This document shows positions 27,590-42,607 of a stretch of 64,000 nucleotides of DNA, piece by piece. Source of the DNA: the human T2T-CHM13v2.0 reference genome, Homo sapiens. A program made the position numbers and the translations under genes. Location: the NCBI RefSeq assembly GCF_009914755.1, contig NC_060929.1, one strand, 5' to 3'. The first letter of the stretch is position 1. Every line of letters begins with the position of its first letter. Below the pieces are notes generated by a model. It had not been told where the DNA came from, did no database searches, and worked only from the letters and a program-made list of their open reading frames with translations.

Positions 27590-28680
27590 GTCAGAGGCTT
27601 TCAATTTGATTCATGTTTGACAGTATGATTTGGGAGAAATTATATATTTTATCCTAATTTTCATTTATTTCATTATCAGTGAAGCAGAACAACTCTCTAC
27701 GTGTTTTATTGCCATTTGAATTTCTTGTGTACTTTGTCTAGTCATTTGTTCATACATATGTTGAGTTATTTACATTTTTATAATTTATAGGAGCCCTTAT
27801 GAATTGTGCACATAAGCTCTTTGTCATATGTGGCAAATACGCTTCTACTATTTCTTTTAACTTTATTCTTTTTTGTGAGTGATACAGAAATGTATATTTT
27901 TGATGTAGTCAGCTGGTCAATCTTTTCTGTCATGATTTCAGATCTTAGTGTTAAGATCACAAAGGTTTTCTGCTCCCCAAACTATATGCTGTCCAATATA
28001 TCTTCTCATGCTTTATTTTTAAACACGTAAATATCTGATCTTTTGGAATATTGTATTATAATATATTTATTATGTTATGTTATATGATATGATATTATAC
28101 ATTTCCTAGGGCTGTTATAACAAATCACCACAAACTGAGTGACTTAAAACAGCAGAAATTTATTCTTTCATGGTTCTGTTTGCAAGGAGGCAGCAGGGCT
28201 GTGCTTTCTTGAAGGGCTCTAGGGGAGCATCTATCTGTTCCACGGCTTTCTCTTCGCTTTGATGTCACCAGCAATCTTTGGCTTATAGAAGAATCACTTG
28301 AGCCTCGGCCCCTCTGTCTTCACATGGCATCCTCTTTGTGTGTTTGTGTCTCTTTTCCTCTTCTTATAAAGATGTCAGTCATATTGGATTAGGGCCCTCC
28401 TAATGACCTCATCTTGATTACAACTGCAGAGACCCTATTTCCAAAAAGGCCACATGCACTGATACCAGGGGTTAGAACTTCAATGTATCTTTTGGGAGGA
28501 CACAGTTCAATCCATAACATATATGGTGTAACAAAACTTCATTTGTTTTTCCAAATGCTTACCTAATTGTCGTAATGTCATTTATTGGACAATCCATCCT
28601 TTATCCATGGGTTTATTTCAAGGCTGATTATTCTGCTCCAGTAATGTATTGGTCAGTTCTGCTGAGGTCACATACTGTTT
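27590..28680 (-). mobile_element. Ancient L1 fragment split by an MLT1
   Basis: T-rich antisense L1-like sequence on both sides of 28096-28519. Confidence 0.6.
28096..28519 (-). mobile_element. MLT1C-like MaLR solo LTR
   Basis: ctagggctgttataacaaatcaccacaaactg...gaccctatttccaaa...tccataaca. Confidence 0.85.
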
Positions 28681-28910
28681 GACAAAGTATTGGTGTATAA
28701 CCACCCAAGATAAGCAATTATGGAAGGAAATTGGAGGGAAAAGTTAGCTAGCCTCGCACTGTTAGTATGATCAGTCTTTCCCAGTCGTACAGTCTATAAT
28801 GGGAGGCCTGTCTGAAAATACTTGCACTTCTCATTTTTATGCCCTTGTTTGGACTTGGGCTGTTCCTGCAACAGTTGGTTATGTCTGATAAAAAAAAAAA
28901 AAGAGGAACT

Positions 28911-29240
28911 GGCCAGGTGCGGTGGCTCACGCATGTAATTACAACACGTTGGGAGGCTGAGGCTGGCAGATCACTTGAGGCCAAGAATTTGAGACCAGCC
29001 TGGCCAACATGGTGAAACCCCGTTTCTACTAAAAATGCAAAAACAAACAAACAAACAAGGAAACAAAAAATTAGCCTGGTGTGGTGATGCGTGCCTATAT
29101 TCCCACCTATTTGGGAGACTGAGTCTATGAGAATCACCTGAGCCTGGGAGGTGGCGGCTGCAGTGAGATGAGATTGCGCCACTGCACTCCAGCCTGGGTG
29201 ACAAAGCAAGTCTCTGTCTCAAAAAAAAAAAAAAAAAAAA
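28911..29240 (+). mobile_element. Full-length Alu with expanded linker
   Basis: Dimeric Alu with A-tail. Confidence 0.93.
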
Positions 29241-29419
29241 GTAACTTCTTTCTTTCATAGCCACTACACTGATATAGGGTTTGAAATATTAAGAGATACT
29301 AGTTTTAAACATCTGCACAGAGTAGTCCTCCAATTCCTGGAACAATCCAGAAGTGTACAAATTCTGACAGAGCTATTAGAAGCCATACCAATGCTAAGGG
29401 TTTAATGGCCAAGAGAAAC

Positions 29420-29560
29420 TCAGTCACTCCTTTAACATGGATCTATTGAGTGCCAGGCATTGTTCTAGGTGCAGGAGCTACAGCAAAGCCTGGGACAGAC
29501 AAGGCTCTCTGTTTCCTTTCAGCTTACATTTCAATGGGGGAAAGACAAGGATAAGACAAA
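29420..29560 (-). mobile_element. L2 3' fragment
   Basis: tattgagtgccaggcattgttctaggtgc...agcttacatt. Confidence 0.6.
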
Positions 29561-30034
29561 CCTAAAGAGGTACAGAATACCCTCTCCAGAAGTAAAGGGA
29601 AAGTATGTCACCTTGAAGTCCTGGGCAGAATCCGATCCTTTTCACAGCTTTATCCATCTTGTTGAAATATAGATTATTGGCGACATCCCCAAAAAGAGAG
29701 TTGTAGAAGAGAAACGCACTGGCAGAATGACAGGCAGGTATTAGTGTGGATGACAATTGAGTCTAAAGACATTCTTAACAGCAATCTTCCATTGATAGCC
29801 TACTTTATTAGTTCATCAGAATTTTCATTCCCATTTGTGAGACAGGGGAAACTGAGGATCAGAAAGATTATCTGGTGATTTGATTTCTGAAAAGATAATG
29901 CTTATTTAGCAATTCCTCCAGGAAGCCATCAGAGTCCTCATCCATACAACAGATGCGCAGTAAGTGATGAATTTTGCTGTGAACACCTGAGTTGGAATTA
30001 GTCATTGATTGGGCTCCACTCCATGAGAAAATGA

Positions 30035-30433
<399 letters not shown>

Positions 30434-30481
30434 TGATATAATTTTAGACTTAGAGAAATTTACAAAAATAGTATAGAGAGT

Positions 30482-30617
30482 TCATATATATCCATTATCT
30501 AGCTACCTATAATGTTATAAATGTATATAACTATGGAACAATGCTCAAATCATATATATCCATTATCTAGCTACCTATAATGTTATAAATGTATATAACT
30601 ATGGAACAATGCTCAAA
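30482..30617 (+). repeat. Perfect 2 x 68-bp tandem duplication
   Basis: 30482-30549 is identical to 30550-30617. Confidence 0.97.
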
Positions 30618-30690
30618 CCCAGGGGAAAAACTTTGATACAAGACTATTAACTAAGCTACAGACTTATCTGAATTACACTAGTTTTCTCCC

Positions 30691-31290
30691 TGTGAAGTAA
30701 AGGATTAACTCAGCAGGCTTGGGGTGTTCAAACCCTGCATCTCCCAGAGAAAGGACTGGCCCTTGACTACCTTCTGGGAGACAAACTCTAAGCCCTTGAA
30801 ATATCCTGCCTGATGACAGTCTTTGTTTACTTGGGCCCTTGGGCCCTGTCAGATAGTCGGTAATAACAGCGTGATTTATGGTGGGGAGTCTTGGATCTTG
30901 CTGTATCCGTTTGACCTCTTGAGGAACTGCAGACTGAGTAACTAAGGTCAGCTATGAGGTGTTCCATGCCTCTATAACTGATCCCTAATAAAAAACCTGA
31001 GCCCCAGGCTTTGAGTGAGCCTCCTTGGTTGGCAATACTTTCTGTGTGTTGTCACACATCACTGCTGGGAGAATTAAGTGCTGTCTGTACAGTTTCTCTG
31101 GGTGAAGACAACCAGAAACTGGTGTTTGTCTCTCCTGGATTCTGCCCTCTGTGCCCTGTTCCATGCTAACTTTAATCTGTATCCTTTACTGTAATAAACC
31201 ATAACTGTGAGCATGACAGCTTTTTAAAGTTCTGTGAGTCCTTCTGGTGATTCACTGAACCTGAGTGTGGTCGTGGGGACCTTTGGCATG
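30691..31290 (+). mobile_element. MER77-like ERVL solo LTR
   Basis: tgtgaagtaaaggattaactcagcaggc start; actgtaataaaccataac poly(A) signal; 5-bp TSD ctccc/ctacc. Confidence 0.8.
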
Positions 31291-31307
31291 CTACCTAATA
31301 TCCTTTT

Positions 31308-31615
<308 letters not shown>

Positions 31616-31878
31616 TAATATCCTTTTTCTATTCCAGGATACAATCCAGCGTCCTTTATTGTTGGTCTCCTTCATCTCCTCCAACCTGTGACAGTTCCTC
31701 AGTGTCTTTGTCTTTCATGACCTTAACACTTTTGGTGACTACTGGTCATTTTGTAGAATGAACCTCAATTTCAGTTTGTCTGTTTGCTCATGATTCATTG
31801 AGTTCATGTAATTTGGGAAAAAATGCTTTATATCAGATAACTGGGATTTTTAAGGAGAATAAGCTCTTCAGTACCCCT

Positions 31879-31880
<2 letters not shown>

Positions 31881-31964
<84 letters not shown>
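31881..31964 (+). repeat. Compound microsatellite (AC)21(TC)21
   Basis: Two abutting perfect dinucleotide runs. Confidence 0.97.
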
Positions 31965-31966
<2 letters not shown>

Positions 31967-33034
31967 CCCCTATCAGCTGGAATTCCCCACCACACTAAGG
32001 CTCTCTTGCAACACTGGCTCTCCACCTCTACTTTCGCTATTCAGTTTTATTGTCAAACCTCGGATGAAAGAGAACCAGTGGTGGCCAGTGTTAAAGAGAA
32101 GAACTCAGCTTTCCCTGTTAACAGAGGCCCTTGTGCATCTGGTGGTCATAGCACTCCTCACATTCCTTAATTGACCCTCACCCCAGATCGCTGGAGCAGG
32201 GATGTGGCGGACATTGACTCTTTTGTCTGCTGAGGGTAATAGTCAACCTTCTTCTGGGAGATGTTCCTTCTTCCCACCATAACCACATGGCTCTAAAGAG
32301 AGCTGCCATGATCTAACAGACTCTCCCCACGTGGCCACCACTGATTGGTCAGAGCTGGGCACCTGACCCTATTGGGGCCAATTAGAGCCCTTCCCTGGGA
32401 TTTCTGGGCTTGAGAGGAAGCAGCACATTCTTCCCCTGGAGGGTCCTTGCTTGTGGAAGAGCCAGGCTAGAGTAGGAGGAGTTGAATTCAGACAGAGGCG
32501 GAGATGAGCACTGGAGAGGGAGCCTGGCTTTGTCCCAGGTGTATCTGGAGGCCCAGGTATGCCCTGCACCCTTCCTCCATGATGGGAGCCTCACTAATAC
32601 ATAGACCACATTCCATCCTGTCTGCATACCCGACACATGGAAAAGGCTGGACACTCCCTACATCTCATGATTAGCCAGTGAATGAAACGAAAAGGGCCGA
32701 GTGATACTTCATCAGCATTGCAGTTTTTCTCACGGTCCTCTCTGTCTTTATGTTTCCATCTATGGGATGTGGTAAATCAGAACCAAACATGTTGAGCAGC
32801 ATTCATTTTAACAGGCGTCTTCAAGAGACTGTCTACGTGATTAGCAAATACCATCTGCCCGCCTAATGAAATCAGAACAGCCAGTGTTTTCCATCCTCAA
32901 CTCAGGGATTAAAGAGGAAAAGCCGGTGTAAGCAGGTCACCTGGGTTAGCGTAGCTGTGGAGAGGTGCGCTGAGCAGATTGCACAGCTCAGCCCCGCCCG
33001 AGTTAAGAGGAGTCAGGACACAACCCCAGATGCC

Positions 33035-33086
33035 AAAGGAAAAGAAAGGAAAGAAAGGAAGCAAGACAGAAAAGAGAAAAAGAGAG

Positions 33087-33119
<33 letters not shown>

Positions 33120-33136
33120 AAGAAAGAAAGAAAGAG
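33035..33136 (+). repeat. GA-rich low-complexity tract
   Basis: Mixture of (GAAA)n and (GA)n. Confidence 0.85.
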
Positions 33137-33594
33137 TCTATATTTTACTTCCTGAGCAGCTCATTTTATAATAGATAAATAATTCAAGACAAAATAAATT
33201 GGTTAGAAAATAATAATGTTTGTCCACTCTATGGCTACGGCTATACGAGGAGCAGAAATAGGAAACCTGTGTATGTTTTGCCAAAAGAGAATCTGTTTGC
33301 TCATTTAAACTTTTTCCTTCTGATTATAAAACATACACATTCTTTTATGGATAACTTTCAAAATAAGGGAAAATACAAAGTGTGTGGGGCAGGCATCACT
33401 GAGCGTAGGGAGAGGGCGTGGTCATTCTCTGCTCACGCCCACCCCGGTGAGGGCTGTGTCTGGGTGACTGGCAGGGTTGGGGGTGCTTCTGGAACCCACT
33501 GAGGGGGCTTTTGGGAAGGGGATGCAACGGGGAAGAGAGCTTGGTTCTCAATAATCTATCAGCTTTTGGAACAGCAACGTTCGTTTCCTTAGGC

Positions 33595-34532
33595 TGTGTT
33601 AGTTTCCTAAAACTGTCCTTTAAAAAGTACCCCAAACTGGGTGGCTTAACATGACAGAAATTTATTCTTTCACAGTTCTGGAGGCCGGAAGTCCAAAATC
33701 AAGACGCTGGCAGGGCTGTGCTCTCTGAAGCCTCCAGAAAAGATTTCTCCTGGCTTCTTCCTAGCTTCTAGTGGTTGCCAGCAAGCATTAGCATTCCTTG
33801 GCTTGCAGCTGCATCTCTCGAATCTTCTGTTTCTCGAAATCGCTCGAATCTCTGCTTCTGTTTCCTTGTGGCGTTCTTCCCTGTGTGACTATCTCTGGGT
33901 ATCTTGGATAGTCATATTGGATTAAGGGTCCATCCTGCACAACTATGACCCTGACCTAACTTAACTAATTACAGCTGAGTGTGGTGACTCACACCTGTAA
34001 TCCCAGCACTTTGGGAGGCCAAGGAGGGCAGATCACTTGAGGTCGGGAGTTTGAGAGCAGCCTGGGGTCTCAAACTCCCGACTCCTGAGGTCTTTGCAGT
34101 AACTGGTACTCAAGGGAAATGCTGAAGAAAAAAGGCGGCCGGGCGCGGTGGCTCACACCTGTAATCCCAGCACTATGGGAGGCTGAGGTGGGTGGGTCAC
34201 TTGAGGTCAGGAGTTCGAGACATGCCTGGCCAACATGGTGAAACCCCATCTCTACTAAAAATACAAAAATTAGCCAGGCATGGTGGCATGTGCCTATAAT
34301 CCCAACTACTCAGGAAGCTGAGGCAGGAGAATCGCTTGAACCCAAGAGGTGGAGTTTTCAGTGAGCAAAGATGGCGCCACTGCACTCTAGCCTGGGTGAT
34401 AGAGCAAGACTCTGTCTCAGTAATAATAATGATAATTTAATTACATGCACCACGATCTTCTTTTCAAATACGTTCATAGTCTGAAGTTCCAGGAAAGACA
34501 TGAGTTCTTGGGACACAATTTCAGTCCATGCA
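33595..34532 (-). mobile_element. MLT1C-like LTR split by an Alu complex
   Basis: LTR runs 33595-33973 and resumes after ~34445; taattaca is duplicated at both junctions. Confidence 0.8.
33974..34435 (+). mobile_element. Rearranged Alu complex (partial left arm, fold-back, short non-Alu insert, full Alu)
   Basis: Left arm 33974-34065; inverted copy 34068-34082; non-Alu ~34093-34136; Alu 34137-34420. Confidence 0.9.
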
Positions 34533-34969
34533 GCCTCTCTTACCCACACAAACCTCCCTGGCACTGTGGAGTGGAGGGCAGCATGGCCCCATCACAGAGA
34601 AAGTCTCCTCCGGGTGGTGGGGAGTGTTCTGCTGAGACCCTACCAGGCTCTGCGGAAGCCAGGGCAGATCCACAGTGGCAGTGGCCTCCGCCGGAACATT
34701 TGGCCATTGCTGTTCTAGAATACCACAGGAAGTTCTGGCCTTGGCTCCAGAGGCAACAGCCCTCAGGGGCCCACCCTGTGAGCCCCAAAAAGCAGTCTAG
34801 GTCCTAGGGGGTGGTTCCAGTGGGCCACCAGAGGCAGTGGCTTCGGTGGGGCTGTGTTCTCGATCTTTTAGAAGCCCTCACAGCACTGTGCACTCCCTTC
34901 ACAATACCGACAACAATTCCAAGGAATAAATAACCATGAAGTTAGTTCTTTAGTGTCTGTCTCAGCAAT

Positions 34970-35104
34970 AGGATGACCAGCTGTCTGCTAAGTGGGGCCA
35001 CCAACTTGTCTAGTTTGTGCTAGGCCAGATTTGCTTCAGCACCGAAAGTACCACATCCCAGAAACCCCCTCAATTCCCAGCAAACCAGGACAGCTGGTCA
35101 CCCT
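34970..35104. mobile_element. MER94/MER81-like hAT-Blackjack MITE
   Basis: TIRs aggatgaccagctgtc / gacagctggtcaccct; internal agcaccgaaagt...gaaaccccctca. Confidence 0.75.
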
Positions 35105-35685
35105 CCTTAGCAGACAGATGGGAATCTCATGTGCAGAGCCACGGTGTCTATCTAATCCACTCTATCTCCTGTGTTCCTGTTTGTCAATGGTACCTTGCAC
35201 AGAACATGCATCCAATAAATATTTGCTGAACAACAATCATAATAATGATTATCTGCAATGCTCAGTAAATATTTGCCAAATGAATGCCCCCTGCCAGTAA
35301 ATAAAGAATTCTCTTCAGCATTTTAATATGTTACCAATAAATGACACCAACTGGATTTACAGACTCATCCAGGAAGCAAAGAGATTTTTGTCCAAGTAGA
35401 AAATGCCAAGTAGGGTAAGTTTAGCAGCATTCAATCCTCTAACAAAAGATCAGCAAATGTCCTAGAGAGGTTGGGTCTGATTTCCTGAATCCGTCTTTAA
35501 GTGGAGATTATGGATTTCCAGATCCTCTCAGATAGGAGGGGCCAAAGCAGGAGGGACAACTGCTGGACAGCCGTAGCAGTGGGAACGAGAGCTTGCATTG
35601 CACATCCCAACACAGCAGTCTCACAAACCTTCCCTTGGATGGGATACACTAGACTGTAGACATGGAGGGATGGTGTGCTTCTCTG

Positions 35686-36466
<781 letters not shown>

Positions 36467-36673
36467 TGATGTGCTTTTCTTAAGGATGCACGCAAAGTAG
36501 GGCTTTGCAACCAGGCCATCTGTGTGCTTCTTTACTGTGCTGTTCTCCCATTTCACTTAACCACAGCCACAGCAATGAAGCCCAGTGGTCAGTACCTTCC
36601 TGAGCTTGAATCCAAGCTCCAAGTCGTCTAGATCAATCTGTAACTAAGCAGTGGCCACTTAGACCATTGAGAT

Positions 36674-37248
36674 GTGAAGAAAGAGCCAGCCTGGCAGGTC
36701 TTGCTTGCTCGTTGCATGTCTCCAGGGCAGCCTAGAACAATGACCCTTGGCCAGCCCTGGTGAGTGCAGTCCCCAGGAAGGTTTTGATGTCTGTGATTAA
36801 TGATTTTGTTCTATACCTCTGGAGGAACTGGCCACATGCAACCAGCTTGTCAGGATAGTTTGCACAAACATCAAATTGATGATGTGTACGTGGTTTCACT
36901 GCTGGGGTCCTGAGTTTCACTTGGCATAGCTGATAGCTAAGCAGAATGTGTCTATGTGATCAACCACCCGAAAAACCTTGGACCCTGAGACTGGCATGGG
37001 TTTCCTCGGGTCTTCCACACATGTCCTTGGAGTTCTCTGCCAGACAAAAACCACATTCTGAGTGGTCTCAGATGAGGAGGCATGAAGGAGCCTGAGCTGG
37101 ACTGTTCTGGAATGCAAACAATGCGTATCTTTTCCTGTGGCCTTTTCTCTGCATCCTTTGCTGGAATAAATGTTAGCCATGCATATAACTTGCTATTGAG
37201 TCTTGTCAGTCTTTCTGGAAAATCACCAAACTTAGCACCTCAACACAT
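36674..37248 (+). mobile_element. Diverged MER68/MER77/MER21-group ERVL LTR
   Basis: tgtgaagaaagag start; ctatgtgatcaacc...aaaaaccttggac; catcctttgctggaataaatgttagcc. Confidence 0.6.
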
Positions 37249-37781
37249 AGAAGAAAACAGGGATGCTCCGCCCCTGCTTATCCTGCCGGATGCTGCCCTT
37301 GCCCCTTCCCCCCATCCCCCCCACCCCATCCCTGACTCCACCCAGGTTTGAATAAGGGCTGTGGGAAACAAGGTTTAGAATGGTTACCGACAAAACCAGA
37401 GCTGGAGTTCTAACCCCCGTGGAGGTGGGTTTCCTCTTTGGCTCACAGCCCCAGTGTCTACCCAGCAGGAAAATGTGGCAGGAAAGCATGAGGCCTAGGG
37501 CAACAGGGGGCAGGAGGTTGCGGATGCCTGGGGAGCAGATTTCAGGGTTGATAGACTTTTGGAATCTCTGGGATTTGTGAACTCTGGTTAATTTCTGTAA
37601 ATGGAGCCACAGGTCTTCCCCGGATCCCTGATACTTATTACTGGCTCAGCCAAGCAAACACTTTGGGTTGAAGTATCCTCTAGCCCTGCAAGTCTCTGAC
37701 CTCCACATGTGTGCAAATTTCTGTTTTACAGTCCAGAAGTACATTGCAAATTCATTCTCTCTCTCCTTTTATCTGTCTTTA

Positions 37782-38168
<387 letters not shown>

Positions 38169-38202
38169 TAAGATAACTAAACATACCAATAAAACAATTT
38201 TA

Positions 38203-38277
38203 TTAGGTTGGTGCAAAAGTAATTGTAGGTTTGCTATTTCAATGGCAAAAACTGCAATTACTTTTGCACCAAACTAA
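38203..38277. mobile_element. MADE1 (Hsmar1-derived MITE)
   Basis: ttaggttggtgcaaaagtaattg...caattacttttgcaccaaactaa inverted repeat flanked by a TA duplication. Confidence 0.93.
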
Positions 38278-38368
38278 TAAAAAGCAAGCCACTCAAATAA
38301 TTACTTACACACTTGCTATTCAGATAAAGCCCTGACATTTATTTTGCATAAAAAATAAATAGCTTATA

Positions 38369-38502
38369 GGCCAGGCTCACACCTGTAATCCCACCATTTT
38401 GGGAGGCTGAGGCAGGAGGATTGCTTGAGGCCAGGAGCTTGAGACCACCCTGGGCAACATAGCAAGACCCTGTCTCTACAAAAATAAATTAAAAAAAAAA
38501 AA
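38369..38502 (+). mobile_element. FLAM (free left Alu monomer)
   Basis: Single monomer plus A-tail; TSD atagcttat/atagtttat. Confidence 0.85.
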
Positions 38503-38509
38503 GATAGTT

Positions 38510-39156
38510 TATCCAGAATAGCCAAAACAATTTTGAAAAAGAAAAACAAAGTAAGAAGACTCACACCTCCTGATCACAAAACATGCTGCAAAGCAATGGT
38601 AATCAAAGCAGTGTGGCATTGGCATAGGATAAACATATAGACCAATGGAACAAAACTGAGAGTCCAGAAATAAATCCATGTGTCTATGGGCAACTGAATG
38701 CCAAGACCATTCAATGGGGAAAGAATGTTTTTTTAACAAATGGTGCTGAAACAACTGGAGAGCCACATGCAAAAGAATGCATTTTAGACCCATAACTTAC
38801 ACCTATACAAAAATTAACTTAAGGACCAAAGATTTAATCATAAGAGCTAAACCTCTAAAACACTTAGAAGAAAATATAGGGAAAACCATGACGTTGGGTT
38901 TGGCAATGGCTTCTGAGATAAGGCACCAAAAACACAAGAAACACAAGAAAAAAATAGGTAGATTGGACTTTACTACAATCAAAATCTTTTTTTTCCATCA
39001 AACGATACCATCAAGAAAATGAAAAGACAACCCACAGAATGAGAGAAAATATTGGGAAACCATGTATCTGATGAGGGTCTACATCCAGAATATGTAAAGA
39101 ACTGTTACAACTCAACAACAATAAGACCAACAACCCAATTCAAAAATGGGCAAAGA
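38510..39156 (+). mobile_element. Old L1 ORF2 fragment (L1M)
   Basis: Translates to [12 protein letters not shown]...KAMVIKAVWHWH and YTKIN...KDL...LEENIG, degenerate L1 ORF2p. Confidence 0.9.
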
Positions 39157-39472
<316 letters not shown>

Positions 39473-39595
39473 TTAAAAGAATGGCTCTTCTTCCTTTAGC
39501 CAACAGGACATGTCCACCTTCTGCTTTCTCTGTCCTCCCATTCCCACCCCAACACTGGTTGTCAGTATAAGAAAGGCAAAAAAAAAAAAAAAAAT

Positions 39596-40304
<709 letters not shown>

Positions 40305-41017
40305 TAGCTTGGAAAAATATAAACACACACAGAGTTGAGTATGCAATCTCAGTGGGTTCATGGATCCCTGTAGCCCATATTCCGACTCCAGGTTAAGACT
40401 CTCACAGGACTGAGCACATCCAGCATCCACGCTGTGGCTTCTGAATGCCATTCTCCAGTGAAAGGAACCAGAGCTCCTCGGAGAAATGGTCATTCCAGGA
40501 AGAGAAAGAACAACATGAGCCTGGAGCATCTTGCAGTGCCAGAAATTAAGGAAACGCTGAAAGAAATAAAGGAGAACTGTTCAAAGGGCACAGGGGCCAG
40601 CTGAGGAGCTCCCACTGACCAGATCCAAGACAGTTAGAGAATCAGAATACATAATGACAGTGATGAATGGCAGCCCATCCAAATGCATAAGAATCCGTGT
40701 GTCCATAATGATCATGAATGAGTGAATGAAGAAGGGGAAGCTCTTCCTCATAGTGGAAAGCCAACTAATCATCACAGAAGAAAGAATAGGCTTAGAGAAG
40801 CCACTGTTTTACAACCATAATTGGTCACCGAGTCCAGCAAGAATCCTTAATAAATGCTAAAGCTCTTGGTTGCGAGGTTGGGGAGGAAGGAGACATTGAC
40901 CTAGTCTCAAAGTCCCTCCCACAGATGACCTGTTAGTTACAATGGAAAAGGGAAGATTGTACAGCTGGCAGACACCACCTTCAACTCAAGTCAACGTTGT
41001 CACTAAGAGGGGACTGA

Positions 41018-41313
<296 letters not shown>

Positions 41314-41915
41314 GCTGGGTCGGGGGTGTGGGGGACTGAACCGAACCGACATCATGTGCCGGTGATGGGACGCACAAGGAATGGAGACTTCATTGTTTAT
41401 TCCCAGCAAACTCAAATCTAGTAATGAGGAGACCTCAGATGGCCCCATGGGGCAGAGAATCTGGGGAAGGGCATCCCAGATCTTCCATACGATTCTCTTC
41501 AGTAACAACTTCTGCAGCTCCTGCAAAAATATAGTGTCGTGCAAGACAAACAAAGCTAAAAGACAGTGTCAGATGAAGGGAGACCAAAGAGAATTGGCCA
41601 CTAAACATGATGTATGATCCTGGTTTGGATCTTGGACTGGAAGAAAAATGCTATGAAGACATCATTGGGTCACTTGGTAACCAGGTAACCACATTCCAGC
41701 AATGAGAAATTTCCTGGCTCAGATAACTGCCCTGTGGTTATGTGAGAGAACACTCTTGTTTGTTGGAGATCTATGTGGAAATATTTAGGGGTAAAGGGTA
41801 TGATGTCTGTAATCTGCTCCTAAATGGATCAGGAAGAAAAAGAGATGTGTATTTATAAAAAGAAACAGAGATGATGTGGCCAAATGCGGCAAAATGTTGA
41901 CAATTAGTATATCCA

Positions 41916-42255
<340 letters not shown>

Positions 42256-42309
42256 TTATGTTTCTTGCAAATCTTTTGTAAGTTAGCCATAGTTAACATA
42301 AAAGTTATT

Positions 42310-42607
42310 GGCCGGACGCAGTGTCTCATGCCTGTAATCCCAGCACTTTAGGAGGCCGAGGTGGGTGGATCATGAGGTCAGGAGTTCGAGAGTAGCTTGG
42401 CCAACATGGCAAAACCCCATCTCTACTAAAAATACAGAAATTAGCCGGGCGTGGTGGTGGTTGCCTGTAATCCCAGCTACTCAGGAGGTTGAAGCACGAG
42501 AATCTCTTGAACCCAGGAGGCAGAGATAGAGCAGTGAGCCGAGATCAAGCTACTGCACTCCAGCCTGGGTGACAGAGTGAGACCCCATCTCAAAAAAGGA
42601 AAAAAAA
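42310..42607 (+). mobile_element. Full-length Alu (AluSg-like)
   Basis: ggatcatgaggtcaggagttc; TSD aaaagttat. Confidence 0.93.

Noticed and set aside
38510-39156. Active reverse-transcriptase gene
   Set aside because: It is a short L1 ORF2 fragment with stops and frameshifts.
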